From: an uncultured Fidelibacterota bacterium
GTDB taxonomy: Bacteria > Fidelibacterota > UBA8477 > JABMPR01
Assembly: GCA_937888365.1 (NCBI GenBank)
Contig: CALBFA010000041.1
Coordinates: forward strand, 1,689-65,688
DNA length: 64,000 bases
Direction: 5' to 3'
Shown: piece after piece, positions 40,387-50,638 of the stretch
How positions within the stretch are numbered: position 1 is the first letter of the stretch
How the letters are laid out: every line of letters begins with the position of its first letter
Notes under the pieces: model-generated
Database searches by the model: none
Seen by the model: the letters and a program-made list of their open reading frames with translations, nothing else
What the model was told of the DNA's origin: nothing
Translations under genes and position numbers: made by a program

Positions 40387-40812
40387 ATGTTAATGCCAAA
40401 AAAAGTAAAGTTTCGCAAACTGCAAAAAGGTAGGAATAGAGGAAAAGCATCTCGTGGTATCGAAGTTTCTTATGGTACGTATGGGATGAAAGCTCTCGAA
40501 CCGGGTTGGATAACCAGTCGTCAGATTGAAGCCGCTCGTGTTGCCATTGTCAGACGCGTTAGAAAACATGGAAAAATGTGGATTCGCCTTTTCCCTCATA
40601 AACCAATTACTCAAAAACCTGCAGAAACTCGAATGGGTAAAGGAAAAGGTAGCCCAGAGTATTGGGTGGCAGTGGTAAGACCTGGACATATTATGTTTGA
40701 AGTTGACGGCGTAGATGTCGAAATAGCAGCTGAAGCATTTCGTATTGCAGGACACAAACTACCAATTAAAACAAAAATGGTCGCTCGTCGTGATATACAG
40801 GAAGTAACATAA
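40387..40812 (+). CDS. rplP: 50S ribosomal protein L16
   Basis: conserved. Confidence 0.95.
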   Translation: MLMPKKVKFRKLQKGRNRGKASRGIEVSYGTYGMKALEPGWITSRQIEAARVAIVRRVRKHGKMWIRLFPHKPITQKPAETRMGKGKGSPEYWVAVVRPGHIMFEVDGVDVEIAAEAFRIAGHKLPIKTKMVARRDIQEVT

Positions 40813-41024
40813 TGAAAACTACACAGCTAGCAGAATTAACCGTTGAACAATTGCATAATAAACTTGCTGACAATCATACAGAATTAGCAAATTTACGTTT
40901 TCAAAAAGCTTTACAGCAATTGGAAGCGCCAGCAAGAATACCTGCCATTAAAACCGAAATTGCTCAGATTAAAACAAGGTTAAGAGAATACGAATTAGAA
41001 ATTCGTTCCTCTGAAGGGAAATAA
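40812..41024 (+). CDS. rpmC: 50S ribosomal protein L29
   Basis: conserved, overlapping stop/start. Confidence 0.9.
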   Translation: MKTTQLAELTVEQLHNKLADNHTELANLRFQKALQQLEAPARIPAIKTEIAQIKTRLREYELEIRSSEGK

Positions 41025-41287
41025 TGATGGGTGAGACAAGCAAGAAAAGAATATTATCAGGCGTTGTAACAAGTGACAAAATGGATAAAACCATTGTTGT
41101 TAATGTTGCGCGAAATATAAAACATCCTATGTATGGCAAAGTAATTCAAAAATCAAAAAAAGTAAAAGCGCATGACGAGAATAATGCATGTGGTATAGGA
41201 GACGGAGTGCGTATTATCGAAGCTCGTCCTCTTAGCCGAGACAAACGCTGGTTACTTCTTGAAGTTACTAAGACATACCAAGGTTAA
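41024..41287 (+). CDS. rpsQ: 30S ribosomal protein S17
   Basis: conserved. Confidence 0.9.
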   Translation: MMGETSKKRILSGVVTSDKMDKTIVVNVARNIKHPMYGKVIQKSKKVKAHDENNACGIGDGVRIIEARPLSRDKRWLLLEVTKTYQG

Positions 41288-41311
41288 GTACTAAACAGGT
41301 AGGAATAAAGT

Positions 41312-41680
41312 ATGATTCAACAAGAAACACGACTTAAAGTTGCGGATAACACAGGAGCTAAAGAAGTCCTCTGTTTCAAAGTCCTGGGAGGAACACGGAG
41401 ACGATATGCCACTATCGGTGATATTATTGTCGTAACTGTAAAACAGGCAACTCCAAATAGCAGCGTTAAAAAGGGTGATGTATCCCGCGCCGTTGTTGTG
41501 CGCGTTAAAAAAGAAATTCGTAGAAAAGATGGTAGTTATATTCGATTTGATGAAAATGCTGCCGTGCTAATCAATGAAAAATTAGAACCCAAAGGCACAC
41601 GTATTTTTGGACCCGTAGCGCGTGAGTTACGTGAAAAACAATTTATGCGTATCGTCTCAATGGCTCCCGAAGTACTGTAA
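41312..41680 (+). CDS. rplN: 50S ribosomal protein L14
   Basis: conserved. Confidence 0.95.
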   Translation: MIQQETRLKVADNTGAKEVLCFKVLGGTRRRYATIGDIIVVTVKQATPNSSVKKGDVSRAVVVRVKKEIRRKDGSYIRFDENAAVLINEKLEPKGTRIFGPVARELREKQFMRIVSMAPEVL

Positions 41681-41692
41681 AGCGAGGTCATA

Positions 41693-42001
41693 ATGAAAAT
41701 AAAGAAAAATGATATGATCGAAGTTATCGCAGGTGCAGATAAAGGGAAAAAGGGAAAAGTTTTACAAGTTTTTCCAAAGAAAGAACGCCTGTTAGTTGAA
41801 GGTGTAAATTTTATAACAAAACATCAACGTCAAACTTCAGCAAATTCACCATCTGGTAGGATTGAAAAAGAGGCACCTATTCATATTTCCAATGTAGCTT
41901 TACTTAGAAATGATAAAAAAGTCAAAGTGGGCTTCAAACATTTGGAAGATGGAAAAAAAGTGCGGATTTCTAAAGCTGATGGCGAAGTACTTGATCGTTA
42001 G
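41693..42001 (+). CDS. rplX: 50S ribosomal protein L24
   Basis: KOW motif. Confidence 0.9.
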   Translation: MKIKKNDMIEVIAGADKGKKGKVLQVFPKKERLLVEGVNFITKHQRQTSANSPSGRIEKEAPIHISNVALLRNDKKVKVGFKHLEDGKKVRISKADGEVLDR

Positions 42002-42016
42002 AGGAAGAGAAGACTG

Positions 42017-42580
42017 ATGAGTGACTACGTGGCAAGATTAAGAGAAAAATATACGAAAGAAGTTGTCCCAGTTCTTTCAGAAAAATTTGGTTATGCGAAT
42101 GTAATGCAAGTACCAAAACTGGAAAAAATTTCTATTAATATTGGACTAGGAAATGCTAGAGAGGACGAAAGAGCATTAGAAAATGCTGTAGCTGAATTAA
42201 CGGCTATTACTGGACAAAAACCGGTGATTACCAAAGCAAAGAAAGCTATTTCTAATTTCAAAATTAGAGCGGGAGATGCCGTTGGCACAAAAGTTACCTT
42301 ACGAGGAAATCGTATGTGGGAATTTTTGGATCGATTTATCTCTACCGCTTTACCTCGTGTTCGAGATTTCAATGGTGTCCCTAATAGATCATTCGACGGA
42401 AAAGGTAATTATGCTATTGGTATAAAAGAGCAAATTATTTTTCCTGAAATTGATTATGATAAAATTGACAAGGTTCGTGGTATGGATATTAATATTACCA
42501 CGACTGCAAAAACAGATGAAGAAGCCTATGAATTGTTAAAAGTTCTTGGGATTCCATTCCGTAAAAAAACAACGAATTAA
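42017..42580 (+). CDS. rplE: 50S ribosomal protein L5
   Basis: conserved. Confidence 0.95.
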   Translation: MSDYVARLREKYTKEVVPVLSEKFGYANVMQVPKLEKISINIGLGNAREDERALENAVAELTAITGQKPVITKAKKAISNFKIRAGDAVGTKVTLRGNRMWEFLDRFISTALPRVRDFNGVPNRSFDGKGNYAIGIKEQIIFPEIDYDKIDKVRGMDINITTTAKTDEEAYELLKVLGIPFRKKTTN

Positions 42581-42591
42581 GGTGTCCTAAT

Positions 42592-42777
42592 ATGGCAAAA
42601 AAATCTTTAATTGCTAAAGCAAAACGACCACAGAAATTTGCAGTGCGTGAATATAGTCGATGTAAAGTTTGTGGTCGACCCAAAGGATATATCCGCAAAT
42701 TTGGACTCTGTAGACTTTGTTTCCGTGAATTAGCCCTTAGTGGTGAAATTCCTGGTATAACGAAAGCCAGTTGGTAA
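42592..42777 (+). CDS. rpsN: 30S ribosomal protein S14, type Z (zinc-binding, 61 aa)
   Basis: CKVCGRP...CRLC two CxxC pairs. Confidence 0.9.
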   Translation: MAKKSLIAKAKRPQKFAVREYSRCKVCGRPKGYIRKFGLCRLCFRELALSGEIPGITKASW

Positions 42778-42792
42778 AGGAGAGTATTTGAT

Positions 42793-43191
42793 ATGTCTAT
42801 GAATGATCCCGTAGCCGATTTTTTAACTCGGATTCGCAACGCTCAACAAGCAAGACATCGTTGGGCTGATATTCCATCATCAAACTTAAAAACAAGAATG
42901 GCTCTTTTGCTAAAACTTGAAGGTTTTATCAAAGACTTTGTTTTAATTGAGGGTGGTCATTTTTTAACAATACGCGTATATCTTAAATACTCGCCATCGG
43001 GTGAAGGTGTTATTAAAGGTATCGACCGTATAAGCAAACCTGGATTGAGAAAGTATGTCGGTGCCGATAAACTTCCTCGCGTCCTTAATGGTATGGGAAT
43101 CGCTATTCTAACGACATCAAAAGGTGTTATTACGAATAAGCAAGCACGTAAAGAACGTGTGGGTGGCGAAATCCTATGTCAAGTTTGGTAA
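42793..43191 (+). CDS. rpsH: 30S ribosomal protein S8
   Basis: conserved. Confidence 0.95.
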   Translation: MSMNDPVADFLTRIRNAQQARHRWADIPSSNLKTRMALLLKLEGFIKDFVLIEGGHFLTIRVYLKYSPSGEGVIKGIDRISKPGLRKYVGADKLPRVLNGMGIAILTTSKGVITNKQARKERVGGEILCQVW

Positions 43192-43211
43192 GATTGGGAG
43201 AGAGGTAGTTT

Positions 43212-43751
43212 ATGTCACTAATAGGTAAGATGCCAATCAATATCCCCAATGGTGTTGAAATTAAAATTGATAGAAAAACTGTATTAGTTTCAGGGCCAAA
43301 AGGCAATCTAGAAGTTGATATTAACGATGGAATAAATGTTCTTGTTGAGAATCAAAACATTATTGTGACGCGTGATAATGATGCAAAAGAAACACGTTCA
43401 TTGCATGGACTTATTAGATCGCTTATTAATAATGCTGTTATTGGCGTATCTCAAGGGTTTAAAAAAGAATTAGAAATTATTGGTACGGGTTATAACGTAA
43501 ATTTGAACGGTTCTTCACTCCTCATAAATGTTGGTTTTTCACATCCTGTTTTTGTAGGAGAAATTGAAGGCATTCAATACGAAACTCAAGGACTTAATGC
43601 ATTTTCGGTTTCAGGAATTGATAAATATCTTGTTGGCGAAATTGCAGCAAAAATACGATCGGTAAGACCTCCTGAACCTTATAAAGGCAAAGGGATTCGA
43701 TACAAAGATGAGCATGTCCGTCGCAAAGCTGGTAAAACAGTAGGTAAATAA
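43212..43751 (+). CDS. rplF: 50S ribosomal protein L6
   Basis: conserved. Confidence 0.95.
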   Translation: MSLIGKMPINIPNGVEIKIDRKTVLVSGPKGNLEVDINDGINVLVENQNIIVTRDNDAKETRSLHGLIRSLINNAVIGVSQGFKKELEIIGTGYNVNLNGSSLLINVGFSHPVFVGEIEGIQYETQGLNAFSVSGIDKYLVGEIAAKIRSVRPPEPYKGKGIRYKDEHVRRKAGKTVGK

Positions 43752-43762
43752 AGGAAGTTATT

Positions 43763-44131
43763 GTGAGTGATTCAAATAAAAAGCGACTCGTAAAACGTCG
43801 CAAAAAAAGACTTGCCTTTAAGCATAAAATTGAAGGCGATTTACGACCAAGACTTCTTGTGTTTAGGAGTAATCGACACATTTATGCCCAAGTAATTGAT
43901 AATAAGGGAAATGTTTTGGCAAGTAGTGGTGACAACAGCAAATCGATTGTTTCAGAGTTGAAAGACGCTAAAACTAAAACGGATATTAGCAAAGTTATTG
44001 GGAAACTAGTCGCTGAAAAGGCTGTTGAAGCAGGCATAAAAGCCGTCATATTTGATAGAAATGGTTTTGGATATCACGGTAGAATTAAAGCTTTAGCTGA
44101 CTCTGCCAGAGAAGCTGGATTGGAGTTTTAA
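43763..44131 (+). CDS. rplR: 50S ribosomal protein L18
   Basis: GTG start, conserved. Confidence 0.9.
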   Translation: MSDSNKKRLVKRRKKRLAFKHKIEGDLRPRLLVFRSNRHIYAQVIDNKGNVLASSGDNSKSIVSELKDAKTKTDISKVIGKLVAEKAVEAGIKAVIFDRNGFGYHGRIKALADSAREAGLEF

Positions 44132-44637
44132 TGAGACGCGCAATTAACCCTGGTGAAATTGATTTTAAGGAAGAAAAAGTCGTTAAAATTAATCGCGTAG
44201 CCAAAGTTGTCAAAGGTGGTAGAAGATTTCGTTTTAACGCGGTTGTTGTTGTTGGTGATGGCGAAGGACATATTGGCTTAGGTTTAGGAAAAGCTAATGA
44301 AGTCATGTCTGCAATCAACAAAGGCAAAGAAAACGCTAAGAAAAACGTCATTAAAGTTCCGATTATTAATGGAACACTTCCACATGAAGTTATTGGGCAT
44401 TATGGTGCTGGTAGAGTACTTTTAAAACCAGCAGCTGCTGGTACTGGTATTATTGCTGGTGGTGCAGTTCGCGCGATGATGGAGCAAGTAGGAATTACGG
44501 ATGTTTTAGCTAAAATATTAGGCACTCGTAATGTTCATAATGTTGTAAAAGCAACACTTCAAGGTTTAGAATCACTTGAAGATGCAAATTCAATGTCTAG
44601 TAGAAGAGGAATAACTGTTCAAGAGTTATTTAATTGA
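44131..44637 (+). CDS. rpsE: 30S ribosomal protein S5
   Basis: conserved. Confidence 0.95.
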   Translation: MRRAINPGEIDFKEEKVVKINRVAKVVKGGRRFRFNAVVVVGDGEGHIGLGLGKANEVMSAINKGKENAKKNVIKVPIINGTLPHEVIGHYGAGRVLLKPAAAGTGIIAGGAVRAMMEQVGITDVLAKILGTRNVHNVVKATLQGLESLEDANSMSSRRGITVQELFN

Positions 44638-44638
44638 T

Positions 44639-44833
44639 ATGACTGCAAAAAAAGTAAAACAAATTAAAATTACATTAGACAAGAGTGTCAGTCGTCAAAA
44701 ACAACCAATTGTTAGGACGGTAGAAGCTCTAGGACTTAAAAGAATTCGTCATTTTGTTATTCAAGATGATAATGATGTAATCCGTGGTATGGTGTTTAAA
44801 GTTAAACATCTCGTCACAGTGGAGAATGTATAA
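44639..44833 (+). CDS. rpmD: 50S ribosomal protein L30
   Basis: conserved. Confidence 0.85.
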   Translation: MTAKKVKQIKITLDKSVSRQKQPIVRTVEALGLKRIRHFVIQDDNDVIRGMVFKVKHLVTVENV

Positions 44834-45267
44834 TGAAGTTAGGGAATCTTAGGCCGGCTGAAGGATCCGTGAAAAAACGGAAAAGAATTGGCCGTGGTAA
44901 TGCATCGGGCTGGGGTAGAAATGCGGGTCGAGGCGAAAAAGGTTATGGATCTCGTACAGGTTCAACGACTGCTGGCTTATTTGAAGGCGGTCAAATGCCT
45001 TTACACAGAAGACTTCCTAAAAGAGGTTTTCATAACAATTTTAAAAAAGTTTATGAAATAGTTAATATACGAGATTTAGATCGCGTTACTGAAGAAATAA
45101 TTAATAATGAAAGTTTAGTAAAAGCTGGACTCATTAAAAAACTCGATAGTAATGTGAAAATATTAGGTGATGGCGACTTGACTAAAGCCTTTGTTGTGGC
45201 CGTTAAAGCAATAAGTGCTTCTGCAAAAGAAAAGATTATCGCAGCAGGTGGGAAGGTTTCTGAATAA
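44833..45267 (+). CDS. rplO: 50S ribosomal protein L15
   Basis: conserved. Confidence 0.9.
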   Translation: MKLGNLRPAEGSVKKRKRIGRGNASGWGRNAGRGEKGYGSRTGSTTAGLFEGGQMPLHRRLPKRGFHNNFKKVYEIVNIRDLDRVTEEIINNESLVKAGLIKKLDSNVKILGDGDLTKAFVVAVKAISASAKEKIIAAGGKVSE

Positions 45268-46613
45268 TGTTTGAAAAAATCGTAAATATTTTTAAAATTC
45301 CAGAATTAAAAAGAAGAATTCTTTTTACGCTCGGACTTATTGCTGTTTTTAGACTAGGTGGTCACGTGCCTTTACCTGGTGTTGATGTTGATGTTCTTGG
45401 CGCTGCCATTGAAAATTTGCAAAGTGGCTTTCAAGGATTTTTAGGATTATACGATCTCTTTGCAGGTGGCAATTTTAAAAAAGCGACTGTTTTTGCCCTT
45501 GGTATTATGCCATATATATCTGCTTCTATCATTATACAGCTTCTTGGCTCAGTGATTCCTTATTTCCAAAAGCTTCAAAAAGAAGGTGAAGAAGGTCGGA
45601 AAAAGATTACACAAATTACGCGTTATGGAACGGTTGCAATCTCAGCTGCTCAAGCATTTGGTGTTGCCATATTCTTAACGCAAATGGAAGCCTCAATTGG
45701 TGGTGCATCAGCTAAAGTGGTACCCGATGGAGGAGCAGGTTTCTTTATTCTTACAATGCTTACATTGATTACGGGAACCGTATTTTTAATGTGGCTAGGT
45801 GAGCAAATTACAGAAAGAGGAATTGGTAACGGAATTTCATTGATTATTATGATTGGAATTATTGTTCGTTTACCTCAAGTAATTCTAAAAGAAGTACATT
45901 ACGTTCAAAATGATGTTCATACTATTTTTACAGAAATATTGCTTATTATGATATTAATTGCTGTTATAGCGGGCGTCATTATGTTAACACAGGGCACTCG
46001 TAAAATTCCTGTACAATATGCTAAAAGAGTCGTTGGCCGTAAGGTTTATGGAGGACAGTCAACACATATCCCTCTAAAGGTAAATAGTGCTGGAGTGATG
46101 CCAATTATCTTTGCTCAAGCAATATTAATGTTACCTGGTATGGTTGGTACAATGTTCCCCGATAGTGTTTTTATGAATGGAATATTAAGATGGTTCTCTT
46201 TTGGTCACCCATTTTATTTAATCACGTTTGGACTCTTTATTGTGTTTTTTACATATTTCTATACTGCAATTGCATTTAACCCTGCAGATGTAGCGGATAA
46301 TATGAAAAAACAAGGTGGCTTCATTCCTGGTATTAGACCCGGAAAAAAAACGGCTGAATATATTGATAATATCTTAACCCGCGTTACACTACCAGGCGCT
46401 ATTGCCCTTGCAATTATCGCGGTAATGCCATCAATTATCACATCGTTTATGGATATTGATATGGACGTTGCTTCCTTTTTTGGGGGAACAAGTCTGCTGA
46501 TTATGGTTGGTGTTGCTTTAGACACATTACAACAAATTGAATCTCATTTGTTGATGCGTCATTATGATGGATTTATGAAGTCGGGTAAAATTAAAGGCCG
46601 TAGAAGAGCCTAA
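45267..46613 (+). CDS. secY: Preprotein translocase subunit SecY
   Basis: 448 aa, 10 TM helices, conserved. Confidence 0.95.
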   Translation: MFEKIVNIFKIPELKRRILFTLGLIAVFRLGGHVPLPGVDVDVLGAAIENLQSGFQGFLGLYDLFAGGNFKKATVFALGIMPYISASIIIQLLGSVIPYFQKLQKEGEEGRKKITQITRYGTVAISAAQAFGVAIFLTQMEASIGGASAKVVPDGGAGFFILTMLTLITGTVFLMWLGEQITERGIGNGISLIIMIGIIVRLPQVILKEVHYVQNDVHTIFTEILLIMILIAVIAGVIMLTQGTRKIPVQYAKRVVGRKVYGGQSTHIPLKVNSAGVMPIIFAQAILMLPGMVGTMFPDSVFMNGILRWFSFGHPFYLITFGLFIVFFTYFYTAIAFNPADVADNMKKQGGFIPGIRPGKKTAEYIDNILTRVTLPGAIALAIIAVMPSIITSFMDIDMDVASFFGGTSLLIMVGVALDTLQQIESHLLMRHYDGFMKSGKIKGRRRA

Positions 46614-46641
46614 TTTTATCGAGTATAATTAGTTTTTTGAA

Positions 46642-47406
46642 ATGATAAGACTTAAAAGCAATGCTGAAGTTAAAAAACTTCGTAAAGCGGCTATAATTGT
46701 ATTTGAAACCCTCGAAATGCTGAGTCACGAAATTAGACCAGGCGTTACGCTTAAAAGGCTAGATACCTTAGCTGAGGATTTCATTCGTTCGAAAAATGCA
46801 ATTCCAGGCTTTAAGGGCATGTATGGTTTCCCAGCGACTCTGTGCTTATCTCCCAATAACATGGTTGTGCATGGTGTACCGAATAATATTGAACTTGTTG
46901 AAAGTGATATTCTCGGAGTTGATTGTGGAACACTTCTTGATGGTTTTTATGGAGACTCGGCGCGTACGTATGCCGTAGGTGAGATATCTGATAATCGAAA
47001 GAAATTATTGCATGTGACGCAAGAAGCATTGTATAAAGGAATTGAACAGGCCAAACCAGGTAATCGTTTACGAGATATTGGGCATGCAATTCAATCCTAT
47101 GTAGAATCCTTTGGATATTCTGTAGTGCGTGAGATGGTTGGGCATGGTATTGGTCGAGACCTACATGAGGAGCCACAAGTACCTAATTATGGAAAAGCAG
47201 GTACAGGGATTCTTCTAAAAGCAGGAATGACGTTGGCAATTGAACCAATGGTTAATATGGGAACAAAAGATATATATACTCATAAAGACGGTTGGGCTGT
47301 TTTAACAAAAGATGGTCAAGATTCGGCGCATTTCGAACATACAATTGCAATTACTGAAGACGGTCCTGTGATATTAAGTCACTCGGACACAACCATATTT
47401 GATTAG
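46642..47406 (+). CDS. map: Type I methionine aminopeptidase
   Basis: 254 aa, conserved metal-ligand residues. Confidence 0.9.
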   Translation: MIRLKSNAEVKKLRKAAIIVFETLEMLSHEIRPGVTLKRLDTLAEDFIRSKNAIPGFKGMYGFPATLCLSPNNMVVHGVPNNIELVESDILGVDCGTLLDGFYGDSARTYAVGEISDNRKKLLHVTQEALYKGIEQAKPGNRLRDIGHAIQSYVESFGYSVVREMVGHGIGRDLHEEPQVPNYGKAGTGILLKAGMTLAIEPMVNMGTKDIYTHKDGWAVLTKDGQDSAHFEHTIAITEDGPVILSHSDTTIFD

Positions 47407-47412
47407 GAGAAT

Positions 47413-47631
47413 ATGGCTAAAATTAAAATGATAAAGGCTGATGGAGTCATTGAGGAAAATTTACCCAATGCTTCCTTCATCGTAAAGTTGGATAATGGGC
47501 ACGTAATGACGGCTCATATATCAGGAAAAATGAGAATGCACTATATAAAGATTCTACCAGGGGATAAGGTTACAGTTGAACTATCTCCGTACGATTTAAA
47601 TCGTGGTAGAATAACATATAGATATAAATAG
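47413..47631 (+). CDS. infA: Translation initiation factor IF-1
   Basis: 72 aa S1-like OB fold. Confidence 0.95.
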   Translation: MAKIKMIKADGVIEENLPNASFIVKLDNGHVMTAHISGKMRMHYIKILPGDKVTVELSPYDLNRGRITYRYK

Positions 47632-47644
47632 AAGAGGTTTATAG

Positions 47645-47758
47645 GTGAAAGTTAGAGCATCAGTAAAACCAATTTGTGACAAGTGCAAAGTGATCAAGCG
47701 CCATGGTAAGGTGCTTGTAATTTGCGAAAATCCAAAACACAAACAGAGACAAGGTTAG
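47645..47758 (+). CDS. rpmJ: 50S ribosomal protein L36
   Basis: Manually translated 37-aa [43 protein letters not shown] start (below ORF-track cutoff). Confidence 0.85.
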   Translation: MKVRASVKPICDKCKVIKRHGKVLVICENPKHKQRQG

Positions 47759-47769
47759 GGAGGCTTAAT

Positions 47770-48132
47770 TTGGCGCGTATTTCAGGTGTCGATTTGCCAA
47801 GAAACAAAAAGGTGCAATATGGATTATGCTATATCTATGGTATAGGATTACATTTTGCAGGTGAAATTTGTAAAAAAGCGAGTGTAGATTCAAGCATTAA
47901 GATTCAGGATTTAACTGAAGAGCAGGTCCGTGATATTCGCGACGTAATTACAAAAGAGTACACTGTTGAAGGTACTTTACGTAATGAAGTAAATCTCAAT
48001 ATCAAGCGTTTAATGGATATTGGGTGTTATAGAGGACTTCGTCATCGTCGTGGACTTCCTGTTAGAGGTCAAAATACGAAAAATAATGCTCGCACACGCA
48101 AAGGTCGCAAACGCGGCGTTGGCAAAAAATAA
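47770..48132 (+). CDS. rpsM: 30S ribosomal protein S13
   Basis: Start reassigned to TTG 47770 ([10 protein letters not shown]...) 8 nt after AGGGAGG; track start would overlap rpmJ. Confidence 0.9.
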   Translation: MARISGVDLPRNKKVQYGLCYIYGIGLHFAGEICKKASVDSSIKIQDLTEEQVRDIRDVITKEYTVEGTLRNEVNLNIKRLMDIGCYRGLRHRRGLPVRGQNTKNNARTRKGRKRGVGKK

Positions 48133-48153
48133 GAGTATTAAGGAGAACATTCA

Positions 48154-48543
48154 GTGGCGAAGTCACAATCTCAAAAAAGAAAAAAGAAACTTAAAGTTGA
48201 CCCTGAGGGGATCGCTCATATCAAAGCGAGTTTCAACAATACTATCGTATCTATGACAGATAAGAATGGTAATGTGGTGACTTGGTGTTCATCTGGTATG
48301 GTCGGCTTCAAAGGATCAAGAAAAAACACTCCATATGCTGCATCATTAGCTGCTGAAAAAGCAACGAAAGAAGCACTTGATATGGGGATGATAAGAGTTG
48401 AAGTAAGAGTAAAAGGCCCAGGCGGTGGTCGCGAGTCAGCGATTCGCTCAATTGCTGCTGCAGGCATTGAAATTACGGCAATTAAAGATGTAACACCGTT
48501 ACCTCATAACGGATGTCGTCCATCAAAGAAACGTCGAGTATAA
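48154..48543 (+). CDS. rpsK: 30S ribosomal protein S11
   Basis: GTG start after AAGGAG, conserved. Confidence 0.95.
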   Translation: MAKSQSQKRKKKLKVDPEGIAHIKASFNNTIVSMTDKNGNVVTWCSSGMVGFKGSRKNTPYAASLAAEKATKEALDMGMIRVEVRVKGPGGGRESAIRSIAAAGIEITAIKDVTPLPHNGCRPSKKRRV

Positions 48544-48557
48544 GGAGTTATTGAACT

Positions 48558-49172
48558 ATGGCTAGATTTCATGGTCCAAGAGGAAAAGTAGTACGACGTT
48601 TAGGTGGTTTCCAGGCGTTTGAATCTCCTAAATTTGGGAGTATGAAAAACACCTATCCACCAGGACAACATGGTCCAACGATGAGAAAACGTACTTCAGA
48701 ATATGGTCTACAACTTCGTGAAAAACAAAAGATTAAGTATCTTTACGAAGTTATGGAAAAACAATTCGTGAACTATTTTAAAAAAGCAAGTAAAGAAAAA
48801 GGTATTACCGGACATAATCTTGTGCGCTCTCTTGAAGCACGTCTTGATAATGCGGTTTATCGCCTAGGTTTAGCAAGTACAAGACGTCAAGCACGTCAAC
48901 TTGTTTCCCACGCTCATGTACTTGTAAACGGTAAAAAAGTTAATATCCCAAGCTATAGGTTAAGCCCTGGTGATATTGTTAAAATACGCGAAAAAAGTAA
49001 GAAAATGGAAATAATTCATGAATCAATGAAACGCGTTCAGGGCGAAGGTAGTTATCCTTGGCTTTCTTTGGACAAAGCAAATATGGAAGGAATATTTATT
49101 GACTTTCCTACCAGAGATCAAATTCATGATGAATATAACGAACAATTAGTAGTTGAGTTATACTCTAAATAG
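48558..49172 (+). CDS. rpsD: 30S ribosomal protein S4
   Basis: conserved. Confidence 0.95.
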   Translation: MARFHGPRGKVVRRLGGFQAFESPKFGSMKNTYPPGQHGPTMRKRTSEYGLQLREKQKIKYLYEVMEKQFVNYFKKASKEKGITGHNLVRSLEARLDNAVYRLGLASTRRQARQLVSHAHVLVNGKKVNIPSYRLSPGDIVKIREKSKKMEIIHESMKRVQGEGSYPWLSLDKANMEGIFIDFPTRDQIHDEYNEQLVVELYSK

Positions 49173-49183
49173 TAAGGGGTTAT

Positions 49184-50164
49184 ATGCCAAACTTTAATAT
49201 ACCCGAATCCTATTCCATCAATGAGGAAAACAGTACTGAATTCTCAAAAGAATTCGTTATTTCTCCTCTTGAAAGAGGATATGGAATTACAATGGGCAAT
49301 GCTTTACGCCGAGTACTTTTATCGTCTGTGCCGGGTGCAGCTATCGTTAGTATTCGTGTTGAAAACGCATTACATGAATTTCAAGCCTTAGAAGGTGTTG
49401 TAGAAGATCTAACAGATGTTGTTCTTAATTTTAAGGGCGTTAGCTTCAAATTACTCGAATCAAAACCAGAAAAAGTAAATGTGTCCATTAAAGGTCCACA
49501 TGTATTTACGGCTGGTGATATTGGTGACGGAAATACTCAGTTTGAAGTTTTAAATCCTGATTTGCACATCGCTACTGTAAATGAAGGTGCAGAATTAAAT
49601 ATAGAAATTCGTATCAGTCGTGGACGCGGTTATGTCCCTGCTGAGGGAAACCAACTTCCCGATTTTCCAATCGGTACTATCTTTATCGATAGTATATTCT
49701 CACCTATTCTAAACGTTTCTTTTGATGTAAAAACAATTCAAGGTGCCGAAGGTGAATATCAAGAATCTTTGAATATGACTGTTACAACCGACGGTAGTTT
49801 AACACCAGAAGAAGCAATGGCTTACGCTTCCAAAATGATTGTAGGTCACGTAAAAATGTTTATCAAAGAAGATACATCACTTATTAGTGAACCCGTATCT
49901 GAAGTTGATGAAGAAATGTTACGTGTACGCAATGAACTTAAACGTTCTATTGATGAACTCGAATTATCTGTTCGATCCTATAATTGTTTACAAGCGGCTG
50001 AAATTAAATACATCCATGACTTAGTTGACAAAGAAGAATCTGAAATGTTACGCTTTAAAAACTTTGGACGCAAATCGCTGACGGAGCTCAATGAAAAGCT
50101 TTCAGAACTCGGATTGCATTTTGGAATGGATGTAGATAAATATTTAAAAGACGAAGTGAACTAG
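49184..50164 (+). CDS. rpoA: DNA-directed RNA polymerase subunit alpha
   Basis: 326 aa, conserved. Confidence 0.95.
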   Translation: MPNFNIPESYSINEENSTEFSKEFVISPLERGYGITMGNALRRVLLSSVPGAAIVSIRVENALHEFQALEGVVEDLTDVVLNFKGVSFKLLESKPEKVNVSIKGPHVFTAGDIGDGNTQFEVLNPDLHIATVNEGAELNIEIRISRGRGYVPAEGNQLPDFPIGTIFIDSIFSPILNVSFDVKTIQGAEGEYQESLNMTVTTDGSLTPEEAMAYASKMIVGHVKMFIKEDTSLISEPVSEVDEEMLRVRNELKRSIDELELSVRSYNCLQAAEIKYIHDLVDKEESEMLRFKNFGRKSLTELNEKLSELGLHFGMDVDKYLKDEVN

Positions 50165-50173
50165 GTGATATAA

Positions 50174-50620
50174 ATGCGACATCGTAAAGACGGAAGAAAA
50201 TTTAATCGTACAGCGAGTCACCGTAAAGCCATGTTAATGAACTTGGCGGCTAACTTGATTATTCACAAGCAAATTCGTACAACACATCCAAAAGCTCTTG
50301 AAGCACGTCGTTTAGTTGAAACTTTAATTACTAAAGCAAAACGAGGCGATTTACACTCAAGACGATTGGTGTTGAAAGTAATTCCACAACCAGACGTTGT
50401 GAAAATTCTTTTCGACGATATTGCTCCAACATTTCAAGATCGTAACGGTGGATATACCAGAATAATTAAACTGGGACGCAGAAAAAATGATGCGGCTCAT
50501 GTTTCTTTACTTGCTTTAGTTGATTTCTTGCCTGCAGAACCTGTAGCTAAGAATAAAACCGAAGTGAAAGAAAAAACGGCTGTCGAAGACGTAAAAGATG
50601 AGACCTCTGAAAAGGAATAA
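50174..50620 (+). CDS. rplQ: 50S ribosomal protein L17
   Basis: conserved. Confidence 0.9.
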   Translation: MRHRKDGRKFNRTASHRKAMLMNLAANLIIHKQIRTTHPKALEARRLVETLITKAKRGDLHSRRLVLKVIPQPDVVKILFDDIAPTFQDRNGGYTRIIKLGRRKNDAAHVSLLALVDFLPAEPVAKNKTEVKEKTAVEDVKDETSEKE

Positions 50621-50638
50621 CTTTTTAAGGGACTTTTT

